A DNA stretch of 46,468 nucleotides from Candidatus Omnitrophota bacterium (GTDB lineage: Bacteria; CG03): contig VMTH01000153.1 of NCBI GenBank assembly GCA_013791745.1, positions 1 through 46,468 on the forward strand. The letters run 5' to 3'. Each line of letters opens with the position of its first letter. Within the stretch, counting starts at the first letter, position 1. The notes beneath the pieces were generated by a model. The model searched no databases. It saw only the letters and a program-made list of their open reading frames with translations, and had not been told where the DNA came from. The position numbers were made by a program, and so were the translations under genes. This document shows, in pieces, positions 31,180 to 40,058 of the stretch.

Positions 31180-31875
31180 TCAGTATATGACCTTTTTCAG
31201 GCTCGCGGGGTCCAGTATCTCTATTATTCCCCGCCGGCATTTTACATATCGCAGGGCTTCCAGTTTTGACAGCACCCTGGATATGACCTCTCTTGAAGAT
31301 CCGACATTGTTCGCTATTTCAGAATGCGTGAGCGGAAAATTAATGTAAGTTCTTCCTCCTTTTTTAATGCCGTACTCCGCGGCGAATTCAAGGAGAGTGA
31401 AGGCCGTTCTGGACAGGACCGTGTTGTATGCCAGGGATTTGATTTCATCGTCGGCTTTTTTGAGCCGGCTGATCAATGTGCTTATTATTTTGAGCAGAAC
31501 GGATATGTTGCCTGAGGCAAACTCCTTGAAATCTTTTGCCCGTATGATGAGTATTTTGCAGTTGGCCATGGCTTGCGCCGACGCCGAACGCACCCCGCCG
31601 CCGAAAATAATCATTTCTCCGAAGATGTCGCCTTTATTAAGATAAGACAGCACCTTGATATGGCCGGTGCTGGAGCTTTTGTAAATTTTTATTCTGCCGG
31701 CGATAACGAAAAAAAGCATTTTTCCCTGCGATTTTTCCGAAACGATGATCGAGCCATTTTTAAAACTTTTCAGTTCGCTTATTTGTCCGAGAAGCGCGAG
31801 GTGATTCGCGGGAAGCGCGGAGAAGACCGGAATCTTTTTCAGTATATCTTTTTCAACCATGGCGCAGTTTAGCAA
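31180..31875 (-). CDS. Crp/Fnr-family transcriptional regulator (second paralogue)
   Basis: cNMP pocket FGEMIIFGGGVRSASAQA. HTH LTHSEIANNVGSSREVISRVLSKLEALRYV. 7-nt overlap with the cyclase gene. Confidence 0.85.
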   Translation of the reverse strand: MLNCAMVEKDILKKIPVFSALPANHLALLGQISELKSFKNGSIIVSEKSQGKMLFFVIAGRIKIYKSSSTGHIKVLSYLNKGDIFGEMIIFGGGVRSASAQAMANCKILIIRAKDFKEFASGNISVLLKIISTLISRLKKADDEIKSLAYNTVLSRTAFTLLEFAAEYGIKKGGRTYINFPLTHSEIANNVGSSREVISRVLSKLEALRYVKCRRGIIEILDPASLKKVIY

Positions 31876-33791
31876 ATTTTAAGGACTTCATAAACCTTTA
31901 CCGCTTTTTGTTTGCCTTTTACGGACAGCGGTTCCAGCAATTTCACTTCCACAATGTCTTTTACTTCCTTATATGTTGCCTCGGATATAAGGATTTTTCC
32001 CGCGGGGGCATTCTCCTCCAGACGGGCGGCCAGATTGACATTGTCGCCGATGACCGTGTAATCGGAATAACTTGCCGAACCCATATTCCCCACAACGACA
32101 AAACCCGTGTTTATGCCCATGCCTATGCCTATCTGTTTCCGGCCCTCGGACTCCCATCGGCTGCAGAGCTCTTTAACTTTGGCCTGCATCTCGCAGGCGC
32201 ATCGCACGGCCAGTTCCGCGTGATTGGGGAAATATTTGGGCGCTCCCCATATAGCCATTATCGCGTCGCCTATGAATTTGTCAAGAGTGCCCTGATGCTT
32301 AAAGATAATTTCCGTCATTTCCGTGAGATATTCGTTGAGAATCTTTACGACCTCTTCCGGCTCCATGTTTTCGCTCATGGATGTAAAACCGCGGATGTCG
32401 GAAAAAAAGACGCTCAGCCATTCTTTTTTTCCTTTCATGTTGAGCATCTCCGGATTTTTTATCAGCTCGTCCACAACCTGAGAGGAGACATAGCGCTGGA
32501 AGGTGCTCTTTATGAATTTTTTTTCTTTTTCCTCAGTCGCGAATCTGAAAATCGTGATTCCCAGATAAGAGAAGAGCCCCGCGCTCAGAGGGTAGAACAA
32601 GGGAACAATGACAAGGCGGACAAACAGGATGTATGAGATCAGCGCCCATGCCGCCATGACAACGGCCGAAAAAATCGCGCCCTGCGTCGGCGAAAATTTC
32701 GGAGAAAAAGCGGTGATCAGCATGCCTATAAAAAAGACTATGAGAAAATCCGCCCACGGCGCTGTCGCTCTCATGAAAGACCTGTCAACGATATTGGCAA
32801 AAGTCGCGGCCACAACACCGACCATGGGGAAAAGCGGGGAAAATGGAGTGGGCCGTAAATCCACGGTGCCGGTGGCGGTCAAACCCACAAAAAGAGCCTT
32901 GCCGGCCACATCTTTGAGTTTGGCCGCTTCCGGTTCCTCTCTGTAAGTGTCTATCACCTCAAGAAAACTCATGGGATTGTAGCGCTCGATGCCGCCGGGG
33001 TAATTCAGAAGCATCTGGTTTCTTTCATCAACCGGTATCCGGAACGCGCCGCCATCGCTTTTTTTGATACTTATAAATTTGCCCGGATGTATTTCTATGT
33101 CTGAATTATCTACGCCGAGATAATTCATGGCCATTATAAAAGCTATATGGGGATATATTTTCCCGTCATGGTTGATAACGAGCGCCACGCGCCGGGTCAT
33201 GCCGTCCCTGTCCGGCACGGCGTTGGCGTAACCGCTTCCGGCTACAGCGCCCGAAAAACGCGTTATTGGCAGGACGAGCTCGACGGCGTTATAGAAACTC
33301 GCGAGCGGGTGACCGGGTATGGCGATCTTATCTAGCAGCATTTTCTGGAACGGGTCGGTTATTGCTTCAGGTTCCCCCTCATCTATGATGCAGAACATCG
33401 GAAAATATGTTTTCAGTTTTTTCAGCTGTCCCGCGAGTATCTGGTCATCCTCGGGATAATTGTCTTTTTCCGTGAACAGGACATCATACATCACCATAGC
33501 AGGATTGTATTTTGAGAGGATGTTCAGAAGGATCGCGTGGTAGCGCCTCCGCCACGGCCATCTTCCCATAGCCTTGTCGTTGACGCTCTCGTCGCCCATG
33601 CAGATGATCTTCACTTTTTCCGAGGCCTCTCTCTCCCCTCTCAGGAAGAAACGGAAGTCCTGTGTCTTGTATTCAAAGATTTTGAACACTCCGAAAAAAG
33701 AAAAGAGCGAAAATAAAAGAGTGACTGCTGCACCTATAAGAAACGCGCGCAGCGTGTTTTTTTCCAGTTTGATATTTTTAAAATTAATCAT
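31869..33791 (-). CDS. CHASE2-sensor class III adenylate cyclase
   Basis: N-terminal TM, CHASE2 hallmark GRWPWRRRYHAILLN..MYDVLFTE, three to four TM helices, cyclase core FFSDIRGFTSMSE, KFIGDAIMAIWGAP, YTVIGDNVNLAARLE. The Lys in KFIGD and Thr in YTVIG suggest ATP specificity. Confidence 0.85.
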   Translation of the reverse strand: MINFKNIKLEKNTLRAFLIGAAVTLLFSLFSFFGVFKIFEYKTQDFRFFLRGEREASEKVKIICMGDESVNDKAMGRWPWRRRYHAILLNILSKYNPAMVMYDVLFTEKDNYPEDDQILAGQLKKLKTYFPMFCIIDEGEPEAITDPFQKMLLDKIAIPGHPLASFYNAVELVLPITRFSGAVAGSGYANAVPDRDGMTRRVALVINHDGKIYPHIAFIMAMNYLGVDNSDIEIHPGKFISIKKSDGGAFRIPVDERNQMLLNYPGGIERYNPMSFLEVIDTYREEPEAAKLKDVAGKALFVGLTATGTVDLRPTPFSPLFPMVGVVAATFANIVDRSFMRATAPWADFLIVFFIGMLITAFSPKFSPTQGAIFSAVVMAAWALISYILFVRLVIVPLFYPLSAGLFSYLGITIFRFATEEKEKKFIKSTFQRYVSSQVVDELIKNPEMLNMKGKKEWLSVFFSDIRGFTSMSENMEPEEVVKILNEYLTEMTEIIFKHQGTLDKFIGDAIMAIWGAPKYFPNHAELAVRCACEMQAKVKELCSRWESEGRKQIGIGMGINTGFVVVGNMGSASYSDYTVIGDNVNLAARLEENAPAGKILISEATYKEVKDIVEVKLLEPLSVKGKQKAVKVYEVLKIC

Positions 33792-33812
33792 AAGGCTTAC
33801 CGCATTATAAAA

Positions 33813-35120
33813 TTATTCGCCGCCTACCACAACCTCAGGAAGCAGGGTGTCCGGCATCCCGTCGGAAACGGGGGCACCCTGGCCGTCTTTTCCGCAGGTG
33901 CCGTTATCCCAGCCCACAGCTCCCCCGACACACTGAATGTTTCTAAGTATTTCCGGGCCGTTTCCGGCAAGAGTGGCTCTCCTTATAAGCGGCCCGATGC
34001 TTCCGCCTTCGATCAGATAGCCCTCCGTGACCTCAAAAACGAAATCACCGTTGGCCGGGTTCACCTGGCCTCCGCCCATTTTTTTAACGAGAATACCTTT
34101 GCCGGCTTTTTTCAGCAGATCGTTGAAATCATAGTCGCCTCCCGCCAGATAAGTGATTCCCATGCGCGGGATGGGCTTATCCTTGAAAGACGCCCGCCGC
34201 CCGTGGCCGTTTGATTCCGTTTTCAGGAACCGCGCCTCTTTTCTGTCCATAAGATATGTTTTCAGGATGCCTTTTTCTATAAGAACGCTACGGGAGGCCT
34301 GGACCCCTTCATCATCAAACAGATAGGATCCGTTTTTCCCCGGGATGGTGGGGTCGTCTATAATGGTCACGGCGCCAGACGCTATTTTTTTCCCGACGGC
34401 GCCGGCGTAAACGGGAGAGATCCCCTGCCTGACGGCGTCGGCTTCAAGAGAATGGCCGATCGCCTCGTGAATAAGAGTGCCGCCGGCTTCGTTTTTTATC
34501 AAAACCGGCATCCGGCCCGTGGGTGCGCTTTCCGCCTCAAGAAGGGCAATAGCCGTCTCCAGCGCGACATTGCTCTTTTTGACGCAATCGTCAAGAAAAT
34601 CGCTGGATTTCGGCTCGACAGCTATAACGCTGGAAGAAAAAGTTTCCTTTTTGTCTCCGCGGGCGGTGATCACGGAGATGAAGAATTTCATGCGGTACCT
34701 GTCGTTCAGCAGTGTTTTTCGGCCGTTGAAGATCCCGAAGGCCGAGTCGCTCACCCCGAAAGCGATGTCTATGTTTTTCACGCAGAGCTTTCCGCGCTCT
34801 CTGAGTGAGCCGTCCAGCTCCCGCAGGAAGAGCTTTATTTTTTCATTATCAAAATCAGCTTCGGGTTCCCGCAGGCCTATATCTATCCCGTGAGACACCA
34901 GCTCGTCTGTCAGCTCCGGCGTGATCTCGCAGTTCTGCAAATGCGAAAAATCCCCGGTGACTTTTCTGAAACCGGCTCCTTTAACGGCGCCGGTTTCGCT
35001 GTGCTTGACTTTTGAAAGAGTGAAAAATATTCCGGCAGTCTTTGACGCCTGGAAAAAAATATCACGGAAATCGCATCTGTCATTTAAAAAAGATTTTACC
35101 ATTTTGGGCCCGCTTGTCAT
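33813..35120 (-). CDS. tldD: TldD-family metalloprotease
   Basis: HExxxH (HEAIGHSLEAD) and the C-terminal GTCGKDGQGAPVSDG block. Confidence 0.85.
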   Translation of the reverse strand: MTSGPKMVKSFLNDRCDFRDIFFQASKTAGIFFTLSKVKHSETGAVKGAGFRKVTGDFSHLQNCEITPELTDELVSHGIDIGLREPEADFDNEKIKLFLRELDGSLRERGKLCVKNIDIAFGVSDSAFGIFNGRKTLLNDRYRMKFFISVITARGDKKETFSSSVIAVEPKSSDFLDDCVKKSNVALETAIALLEAESAPTGRMPVLIKNEAGGTLIHEAIGHSLEADAVRQGISPVYAGAVGKKIASGAVTIIDDPTIPGKNGSYLFDDEGVQASRSVLIEKGILKTYLMDRKEARFLKTESNGHGRRASFKDKPIPRMGITYLAGGDYDFNDLLKKAGKGILVKKMGGGQVNPANGDFVFEVTEGYLIEGGSIGPLIRRATLAGNGPEILRNIQCVGGAVGWDNGTCGKDGQGAPVSDGMPDTLLPEVVVGGE

Positions 35121-36040
35121 TTTTTCCTCTTTTTCTCGTATTTTTTCTTTCTGTGCTGCTCAAAATATTTCGAAAAATTATGTTTGCCGTCGGCGTCCAG
35201 CACAAAAAACAGCAACTCTGTATCATCCGGTTCCACGGCCGCCGCAAGGGACATTTTTCCCGGATTGCATATCGGCGCCGGCGGAAGGCCTCTGTGCCGG
35301 TAGGTGTTGAAGGGGGATTCAAACAAGGTGTCTTCTATACTGAGAGGTTTTTGCCATTTGTTTAAAGCGTAACGCACGGTGGAACATGACTCGAGCCTCA
35401 TCCTTTTTTTCAGGCGGTTATGGAAAATACCGGATATTAAAAATTTTTCATCATCGCCCCCGGCTTCTTTTTCTATAATGCTGGCCAAAATCAGCGCCTG
35501 ATGCGGTGTCAGGCCCGAGGCGGCGGCTTTATCGGATAAATTCAATTCTGAAACTATTTTATCAAACTGCGATTTGAAAATACCGCAGATGCGTTTGGGG
35601 CAATCCCCCGGAGGTAAATAATATGTTTCCGGGAAAAGATAGCCCTCTAGTTTGTTTTTTTTGGCGTATTCCGCGAATTCAAAGGCTTCGGCGATGCCTT
35701 CGGCTTCAAGGCGCTCGGCAATCTGCCCGGCGCGAAATCCCTCGGGGATCGTCACCTTAATGAGGATACCGATCCCTTTGTTCAACTCCGCTATCGCATT
35801 GAAGACAGGGGAGTTCCGGTAAAACATATAGGTGCCGTATCGCAGCTGCCTGTCCAGTTTTAAAATTTTAACAGCTCCCAGGAAAAGCCGTTTTCTGTAA
35901 AGCACGCCATCACCCGCCAGTTGTTCGGATAAAGCCGCCGCCGAAATGCCCTGGGGGATTCTTACAAAAACGCTCTGTTCCCATCCCGAGCTCAGCCAAA
36001 GCGCGGAAAGCAGGAGGAGTGTGGCCGCGCGCGGGATCAT
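35117..36040 (-). CDS. mltG: Endolytic murein transglycosylase MltG (YceG-like)
   Basis: N-terminal anchor, IPEGFRAGQIAERL, EGYLFPETYYLP, ASIIEKEA, SPFNTYRHRGLPPAPICNPG. Confidence 0.9.
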   Translation of the reverse strand: MIPRAATLLLLSALWLSSGWEQSVFVRIPQGISAAALSEQLAGDGVLYRKRLFLGAVKILKLDRQLRYGTYMFYRNSPVFNAIAELNKGIGILIKVTIPEGFRAGQIAERLEAEGIAEAFEFAEYAKKNKLEGYLFPETYYLPPGDCPKRICGIFKSQFDKIVSELNLSDKAAASGLTPHQALILASIIEKEAGGDDEKFLISGIFHNRLKKRMRLESCSTVRYALNKWQKPLSIEDTLFESPFNTYRHRGLPPAPICNPGKMSLAAAVEPDDTELLFFVLDADGKHNFSKYFEQHRKKKYEKKRKK

Positions 36041-36678
36041 TCAAAACACTCCGCGCTTTTACGGCTCTGCAATTCGCTGATGGATAGAGCCGTGATACCG
36101 TTTCTGCTGAAGTAACTTAGTATACGCGGGAGCGCCGTGATGGTCTGGGCTGTACCGCTGTGCATAAGAATGATGTCCCCGTCTTCAGCGCCCACGGCTT
36201 CTTCATAGATTTTCTGGGCAGGCTTGTAGATATCGTCCGTGTTGATCGTCCAGAGAATGATCTCAAGGCCGTGCATGTTCTCAAGCGTGTCAAAATAATA
36301 TCTGCCCCCGGGCGGCCGGAAATACTTGATCTTTTCTCCGGTTATATTCTCCAAAAGTCTCGTGGTTGATCCCACTTCTTTTCTTATGTCCTCCGCGGCC
36401 AGATAAATAAGGCGCGGGTGAGTGTAAGTGTGATTTCCTATCTCGCTTCCGGCATCCCGAATGGCCCGCACGAGGTGAGGGTATTTCTCCGCCTGTTTCC
36501 CGACGAGGAAAAATGTACCTTTCACGGAATAACTGTCGAGTATCTCAAGAATTTTTTTTGTGTAATACGGATGCGGGCCGTCGTCAAAGGTGAGCGCGAT
36601 TTTCGCTCCGGCTGCGGCGTTTGCGGAAAGCAGCAGAAAAACAAACAACAATTTATTTTGTTGATGGCGAAATTTCAA
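36037..36678 (-). CDS. Polysaccharide deacetylase (NodB homology domain)
   Basis: Signal peptide, TFDDGP, GTFFLVG, GNHTYTHP motifs. Confidence 0.85.
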   Translation of the reverse strand: MKFRHQQNKLLFVFLLLSANAAAGAKIALTFDDGPHPYYTKKILEILDSYSVKGTFFLVGKQAEKYPHLVRAIRDAGSEIGNHTYTHPRLIYLAAEDIRKEVGSTTRLLENITGEKIKYFRPPGGRYYFDTLENMHGLEIILWTINTDDIYKPAQKIYEEAVGAEDGDIILMHSGTAQTITALPRILSYFSRNGITALSISELQSRKSAECFE

Positions 36679-36679
36679 T

Positions 36680-37141
36680 TCACAGTTCCCTGATTTTGTT
36701 GATTAGAGCGGTCGTGGAGCGGTTTTTTCTGAGTTTTACTGTTTTGACTTTGCCGCCGTAAGATCTGACAAAGGGCGAGCCGATAATCTCCGGCGCTCTC
36801 CAGTCTCCGCCTTTTACAAGAACGTCAGGCTTTATTTTTTTTATGACCCGCAGCGGGGTTTTTTCTTTAAAACCGAAAACGGCGTCAACGGATTTCAGGG
36901 CGTTCAGCACCGCGGCCCGCTCGGTAAAGCTGTTCACAGGCCGGCCGGGTTTTATGGCCCGCACCGAAGAGGACTCGTTCAGGCCTACAATAAGAATGTC
37001 GCCGAAAGATTTTGCTTCATTCAGAAGTTTTATATGCCCTGAATGAATTATGTCAAAACAGCCGTTTGTGAACACGACTTTTTTACCGCCCGCTCGGCCG
37101 CGCCGGGCCAATTCCGCCGCCGCGGAAAGTTTACATATCAT
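36680..37141 (-). CDS. hldC: D-glycero-beta-D-manno-heptose 1-phosphate adenylyltransferase (RfaE domain II type cytidylyltransferase)
   Basis: VVFTNGCFDIIHSGHIKLLNEAKSFGDILIVGLNESSSVR..KPDVLVKGGDW. Confidence 0.8.
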   Translation of the reverse strand: MICKLSAAAELARRGRAGGKKVVFTNGCFDIIHSGHIKLLNEAKSFGDILIVGLNESSSVRAIKPGRPVNSFTERAAVLNALKSVDAVFGFKEKTPLRVIKKIKPDVLVKGGDWRAPEIIGSPFVRSYGGKVKTVKLRKNRSTTALINKIREL

Positions 37142-37688
37142 TTTCCAAAAGCCCGCAGATCGTGTGTAAAATCAGAGCGTGGGCTTCCTGTATTCTGGCC
37201 GTTTTCCGGGAGGGCACGGCTATGGTGACATCCGCGGGGCCCCCCGCGCGCAATCCGGTTTTGCCGGTTAACGCGATGATTTTGATTTTTTTCTTTCTCG
37301 CGCTCCGGCAGGCCTCGATGATGTTGTTGGATTTACCGCTCGTTGTAATTGCGATAACAGCATCCCGAACGGATCCGAGGGCCTGTATCTGCCGGGAAAA
37401 AATATTTTTGTATCCGAGGTCATTACCTACCGCTGTCAGGATAGAGGTGTCGGTGTTAAGGGATATCGCGGGAAGGGCCTTTCTGTCTTTTTCAAAACGG
37501 CCCACGAGTTCCGCGGCGAAATGATTCGCGTCCGCGGCTGATCCGCCGTTTCCGAATATCAGGATCCTACCCTTTTTTTTCAGGACGCTTTTGATTATTT
37601 TAACGGCTTTTGCTATATCCGGGGAACATTCGTTTAATCTGCCCAGGAGTTGCGTCAGTTCCGCTATGTTATCGGAAAGCATTATCAT
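37131..37688 (-). CDS. gmhA: Phosphoheptose isomerase (SIS domain)
   Basis: FGNGGSAADANHFAAELVGRF, ALPAISL, ITTSGKSNNI. Confidence 0.85.
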   Translation of the reverse strand: MIMLSDNIAELTQLLGRLNECSPDIAKAVKIIKSVLKKKGRILIFGNGGSAADANHFAAELVGRFEKDRKALPAISLNTDTSILTAVGNDLGYKNIFSRQIQALGSVRDAVIAITTSGKSNNIIEACRSARKKKIKIIALTGKTGLRAGGPADVTIAVPSRKTARIQEAHALILHTICGLLENDM

Positions 37689-39013
37689 TTCATGTTCCCT
37701 ATGAAATCCGTTGTGTAGCAGCCTTTTATAAAATTTTCGTCCTGGAGGATTTTCTGATGAAGCGCTATATTTGTCGTCACGCCTTCTATTTTGAGTTCCA
37801 TCAGCGCGCGCTTCATTCTCTCTATGGCTTCTGCCCTGTCGCGGCCGTAAGTGATGATTTTGGCTATCATGGAATCATAGAACGGCGATATTTCCGAACC
37901 GTTGGTCATCGCCGTGTCCACGCGTACCCCCGGGCCGCCCGGCAGGATGAGCTTTTCTATTTTTCCCGCCGACGGCATATAATTTTCGTCTTCGGAGTTG
38001 ATCCTGCACTCCACGGCATGGCATATCTCTTTTACGTCATCCTGGCCGAGGGGCAGGTCTTGGCCCGCGGCGAGAGCGATCTGCATTTTTACCAGATCAA
38101 TGTCGGATACAAGTTCGGTCACGGGATGTTCGACCTGTATTCTGGCGTTCATCTCCATGAAATAAAAATCGTTTTTTGAAACAAGGAATTCGACAGTACC
38201 CACGGTGGTGTAATTGATCAGTTTTGCCACGCGGCAGGCTGTCTCACCGAGTTTTTTTCTCAGTTTCGCGTTTATCTGCGGCGAAGGGCCCTCTTCAAGG
38301 ACTTTCTGGTGGTTTCTCTGTATTGAGCAGTCCCTCTCGGGGAAGTAGAGCACTCTGCCTTTTTTGTCGGCGGCGATCTGTATCTCTATATGGCGCGGTG
38401 ACTCTATGTATTTCTCAACATAAAGCCCTGCGTTTGAGAAAGCGTTTTTCGCTTCGGCTCCGGCGAGTTCAAAGGCCTGCTCTATATCTTTCTCGCCGCG
38501 GACGATCCTCATGCCTTTTCCGCCGCCGCCGGCGGTGGCCTTTATTATAACCGGGTATTTGATGGCCGCGGCGATCTTTTTCGCTTCCGCGGCGTTGGCC
38601 ACTATGCCTTTTGAGCCCGGCACAACGGGTATTTTTTTCCGTTTAACAAGGTCTATGATCTCTGCTTTCTGCCCGGCCAGCGCGATCGTTTCCGCCGAGG
38701 GGCCTATGAAGCTCAGGCCGTAAGAGGCGCAAATCTCGGCGAAATGAGGGTTTTCGGCGAGAAATCCGTATCCCGGATGGACGGCGTCGCATTTTTTGAC
38801 AAGGGCCGCGCTTATTATCTGCGAAACATTCAGATAACTTGAAGCCGCCGCCGCGGGGCCTATACAGATGCAATCATCCGCCAGGCTGCAGTAAAAATTG
38901 TTCTTATCCGCTTCCGAGCACACGGCAACGGATTTAACAGACATTTCTCTCAGCGCCCTTATGATCCGCAGGGCGATCTCGCCCCTGTTGGCGACGAGTA
39001 CTTTTTTAAACAT
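37685..39013 (-). CDS. accC: Acetyl-CoA carboxylase, biotin carboxylase subunit
   Basis: MFKKVLVANRGEIALRIIRA.., ATP-grasp GGGGKGMRIV, EMNARIQVEHPVTE. Confidence 0.95.
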   Translation of the reverse strand: MFKKVLVANRGEIALRIIRALREMSVKSVAVCSEADKNNFYCSLADDCICIGPAAAASSYLNVSQIISAALVKKCDAVHPGYGFLAENPHFAEICASYGLSFIGPSAETIALAGQKAEIIDLVKRKKIPVVPGSKGIVANAAEAKKIAAAIKYPVIIKATAGGGGKGMRIVRGEKDIEQAFELAGAEAKNAFSNAGLYVEKYIESPRHIEIQIAADKKGRVLYFPERDCSIQRNHQKVLEEGPSPQINAKLRKKLGETACRVAKLINYTTVGTVEFLVSKNDFYFMEMNARIQVEHPVTELVSDIDLVKMQIALAAGQDLPLGQDDVKEICHAVECRINSEDENYMPSAGKIEKLILPGGPGVRVDTAMTNGSEISPFYDSMIAKIITYGRDRAEAIERMKRALMELKIEGVTTNIALHQKILQDENFIKGCYTTDFIGNMK

Positions 39014-39494
39014 TTTCTTCCTCTACTTCAAAGAGCTTCTGTCCCCACTCAACGACTTCCCTGTCTTTGCAGAAAACCGCGCCGATTTTCAGGTCTGCGT
39101 CGGCCATTATTTCCTGCATGATGCCCATGGAATTCACCCAGCCCAGCTTCCGGCCTTTTTTCACTTTCTTGCCGACAGAGGCAAGCAGCGTATCCCTCTC
39201 GCTTATGTGGAAAGTGCCCACAGCGGGCGATTTAAGGATTTTAGTGCGGAGCTGAGGAGGTAGAGTGTTTTCGGCGCCTGGCTGCGGGCCTGTTTCTCCT
39301 GCAGTTTCCGTATCCGATGTGTTTTCCGCTTCTCCCAGTATAACAGCCACAGGCTCTTTCTTGAGCACTATGTGCATATCGCCCTTGCTGTATTCAAATT
39401 CGCAGACATCGGTTTCGCCCAGGACTTCCATTATTTTTTTTAAATTTAATTCTTCCTCCGGGCCCGACTGTTCCGCTGCTGAGTTTTTTCTCAT
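39006..39494 (-). CDS. accB: Biotin carboxyl carrier protein-like (AccB homologue lacking the biotinyl-lysine)
   Basis: Position between efp and accC. The C-terminal biotinyl-domain fold is alignable to E. coli ..[20 protein letters not shown].., but here reads ..GRKLGWVNSMGIMQEIMAD.. (Gly codon at 39123-39125 where Lys is expected). Confidence 0.75.
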   Translation of the reverse strand: MRKNSAAEQSGPEEELNLKKIMEVLGETDVCEFEYSKGDMHIVLKKEPVAVILGEAENTSDTETAGETGPQPGAENTLPPQLRTKILKSPAVGTFHISERDTLLASVGKKVKKGRKLGWVNSMGIMQEIMADADLKIGAVFCKDREVVEWGQKLFEVEEENV

Positions 39495-39503
39495 TGATGC
39501 CTG

Positions 39504-40058
39504 CTATGTCCTTTCCAGATATTTACCGGTGCGGGTGTCAATTTTTATCCTGTCGCCCTCGTTTATAAAAAGCGGCACCTTCACCTCAAGGCCGTTTTTA
39601 AGCCTGGCCGGTTTTTGCACGTTTGAAACGGTGTCGCCCCGGGCTCCGGGTTCTGTGTATACCACTTCCATTTCAACGGAAGGCGGGAGTTCAACGTCTA
39701 TGATCTTTCCCTCTGTCATGACAATAACCACTTTCATGCCTTCCACGAGGAATTGCTCGCTCAGTCCGATGGTGCCTTTCCTTATTTCCTGCTGCTCGTA
39801 GTCGGCATCCATGAAAACGAGGCTGTCTCCCGATTCATATGAATAGTTGACGGAGGTGCGCGTCACTTCAGGGGATTCGAATTTTTCCCCGCCCCGGAAA
39901 GTTCTTTCAATGGTCGCGCCGCCGAAAACGTCTTTCATCTTCACTCTCATTATCGCGGGGCCTTTGCCCGGCTTGTGATGCTGAAACCATATTATGCGGT
40001 AGAGCTTGTCGCCCACCTTTATATAGACGCCGTTTGAAAAATCAGAAGTACTTATCAT
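39504..40058 (-). CDS. efp: Elongation factor P
   Basis: MISTSDFSNGVYIKV..HHKPGKGPAIMRVKMKD.. Typical EF-P N-terminus and KPGKG loop. Confidence 0.95.
   Translation of the reverse strand: MISTSDFSNGVYIKVGDKLYRIIWFQHHKPGKGPAIMRVKMKDVFGGATIERTFRGGEKFESPEVTRTSVNYSYESGDSLVFMDADYEQQEIRKGTIGLSEQFLVEGMKVVIVMTEGKIIDVELPPSVEMEVVYTEPGARGDTVSNVQKPARLKNGLEVKVPLFINEGDRIKIDTRTGKYLERT

Noticed and set aside
31908-32636. 242-aa plus-strand ORF
   Set aside because: It is antisense to the CHASE2 adenylate cyclase gene and has no recognisable motif.
37610-39801. Plus-strand ORFs 37610..38179, 38224..38550, 38898..39263 and 39265..39801
   Set aside because: They are antisense shadows of accC, accB and efp, which all carry canonical motifs on the minus strand.
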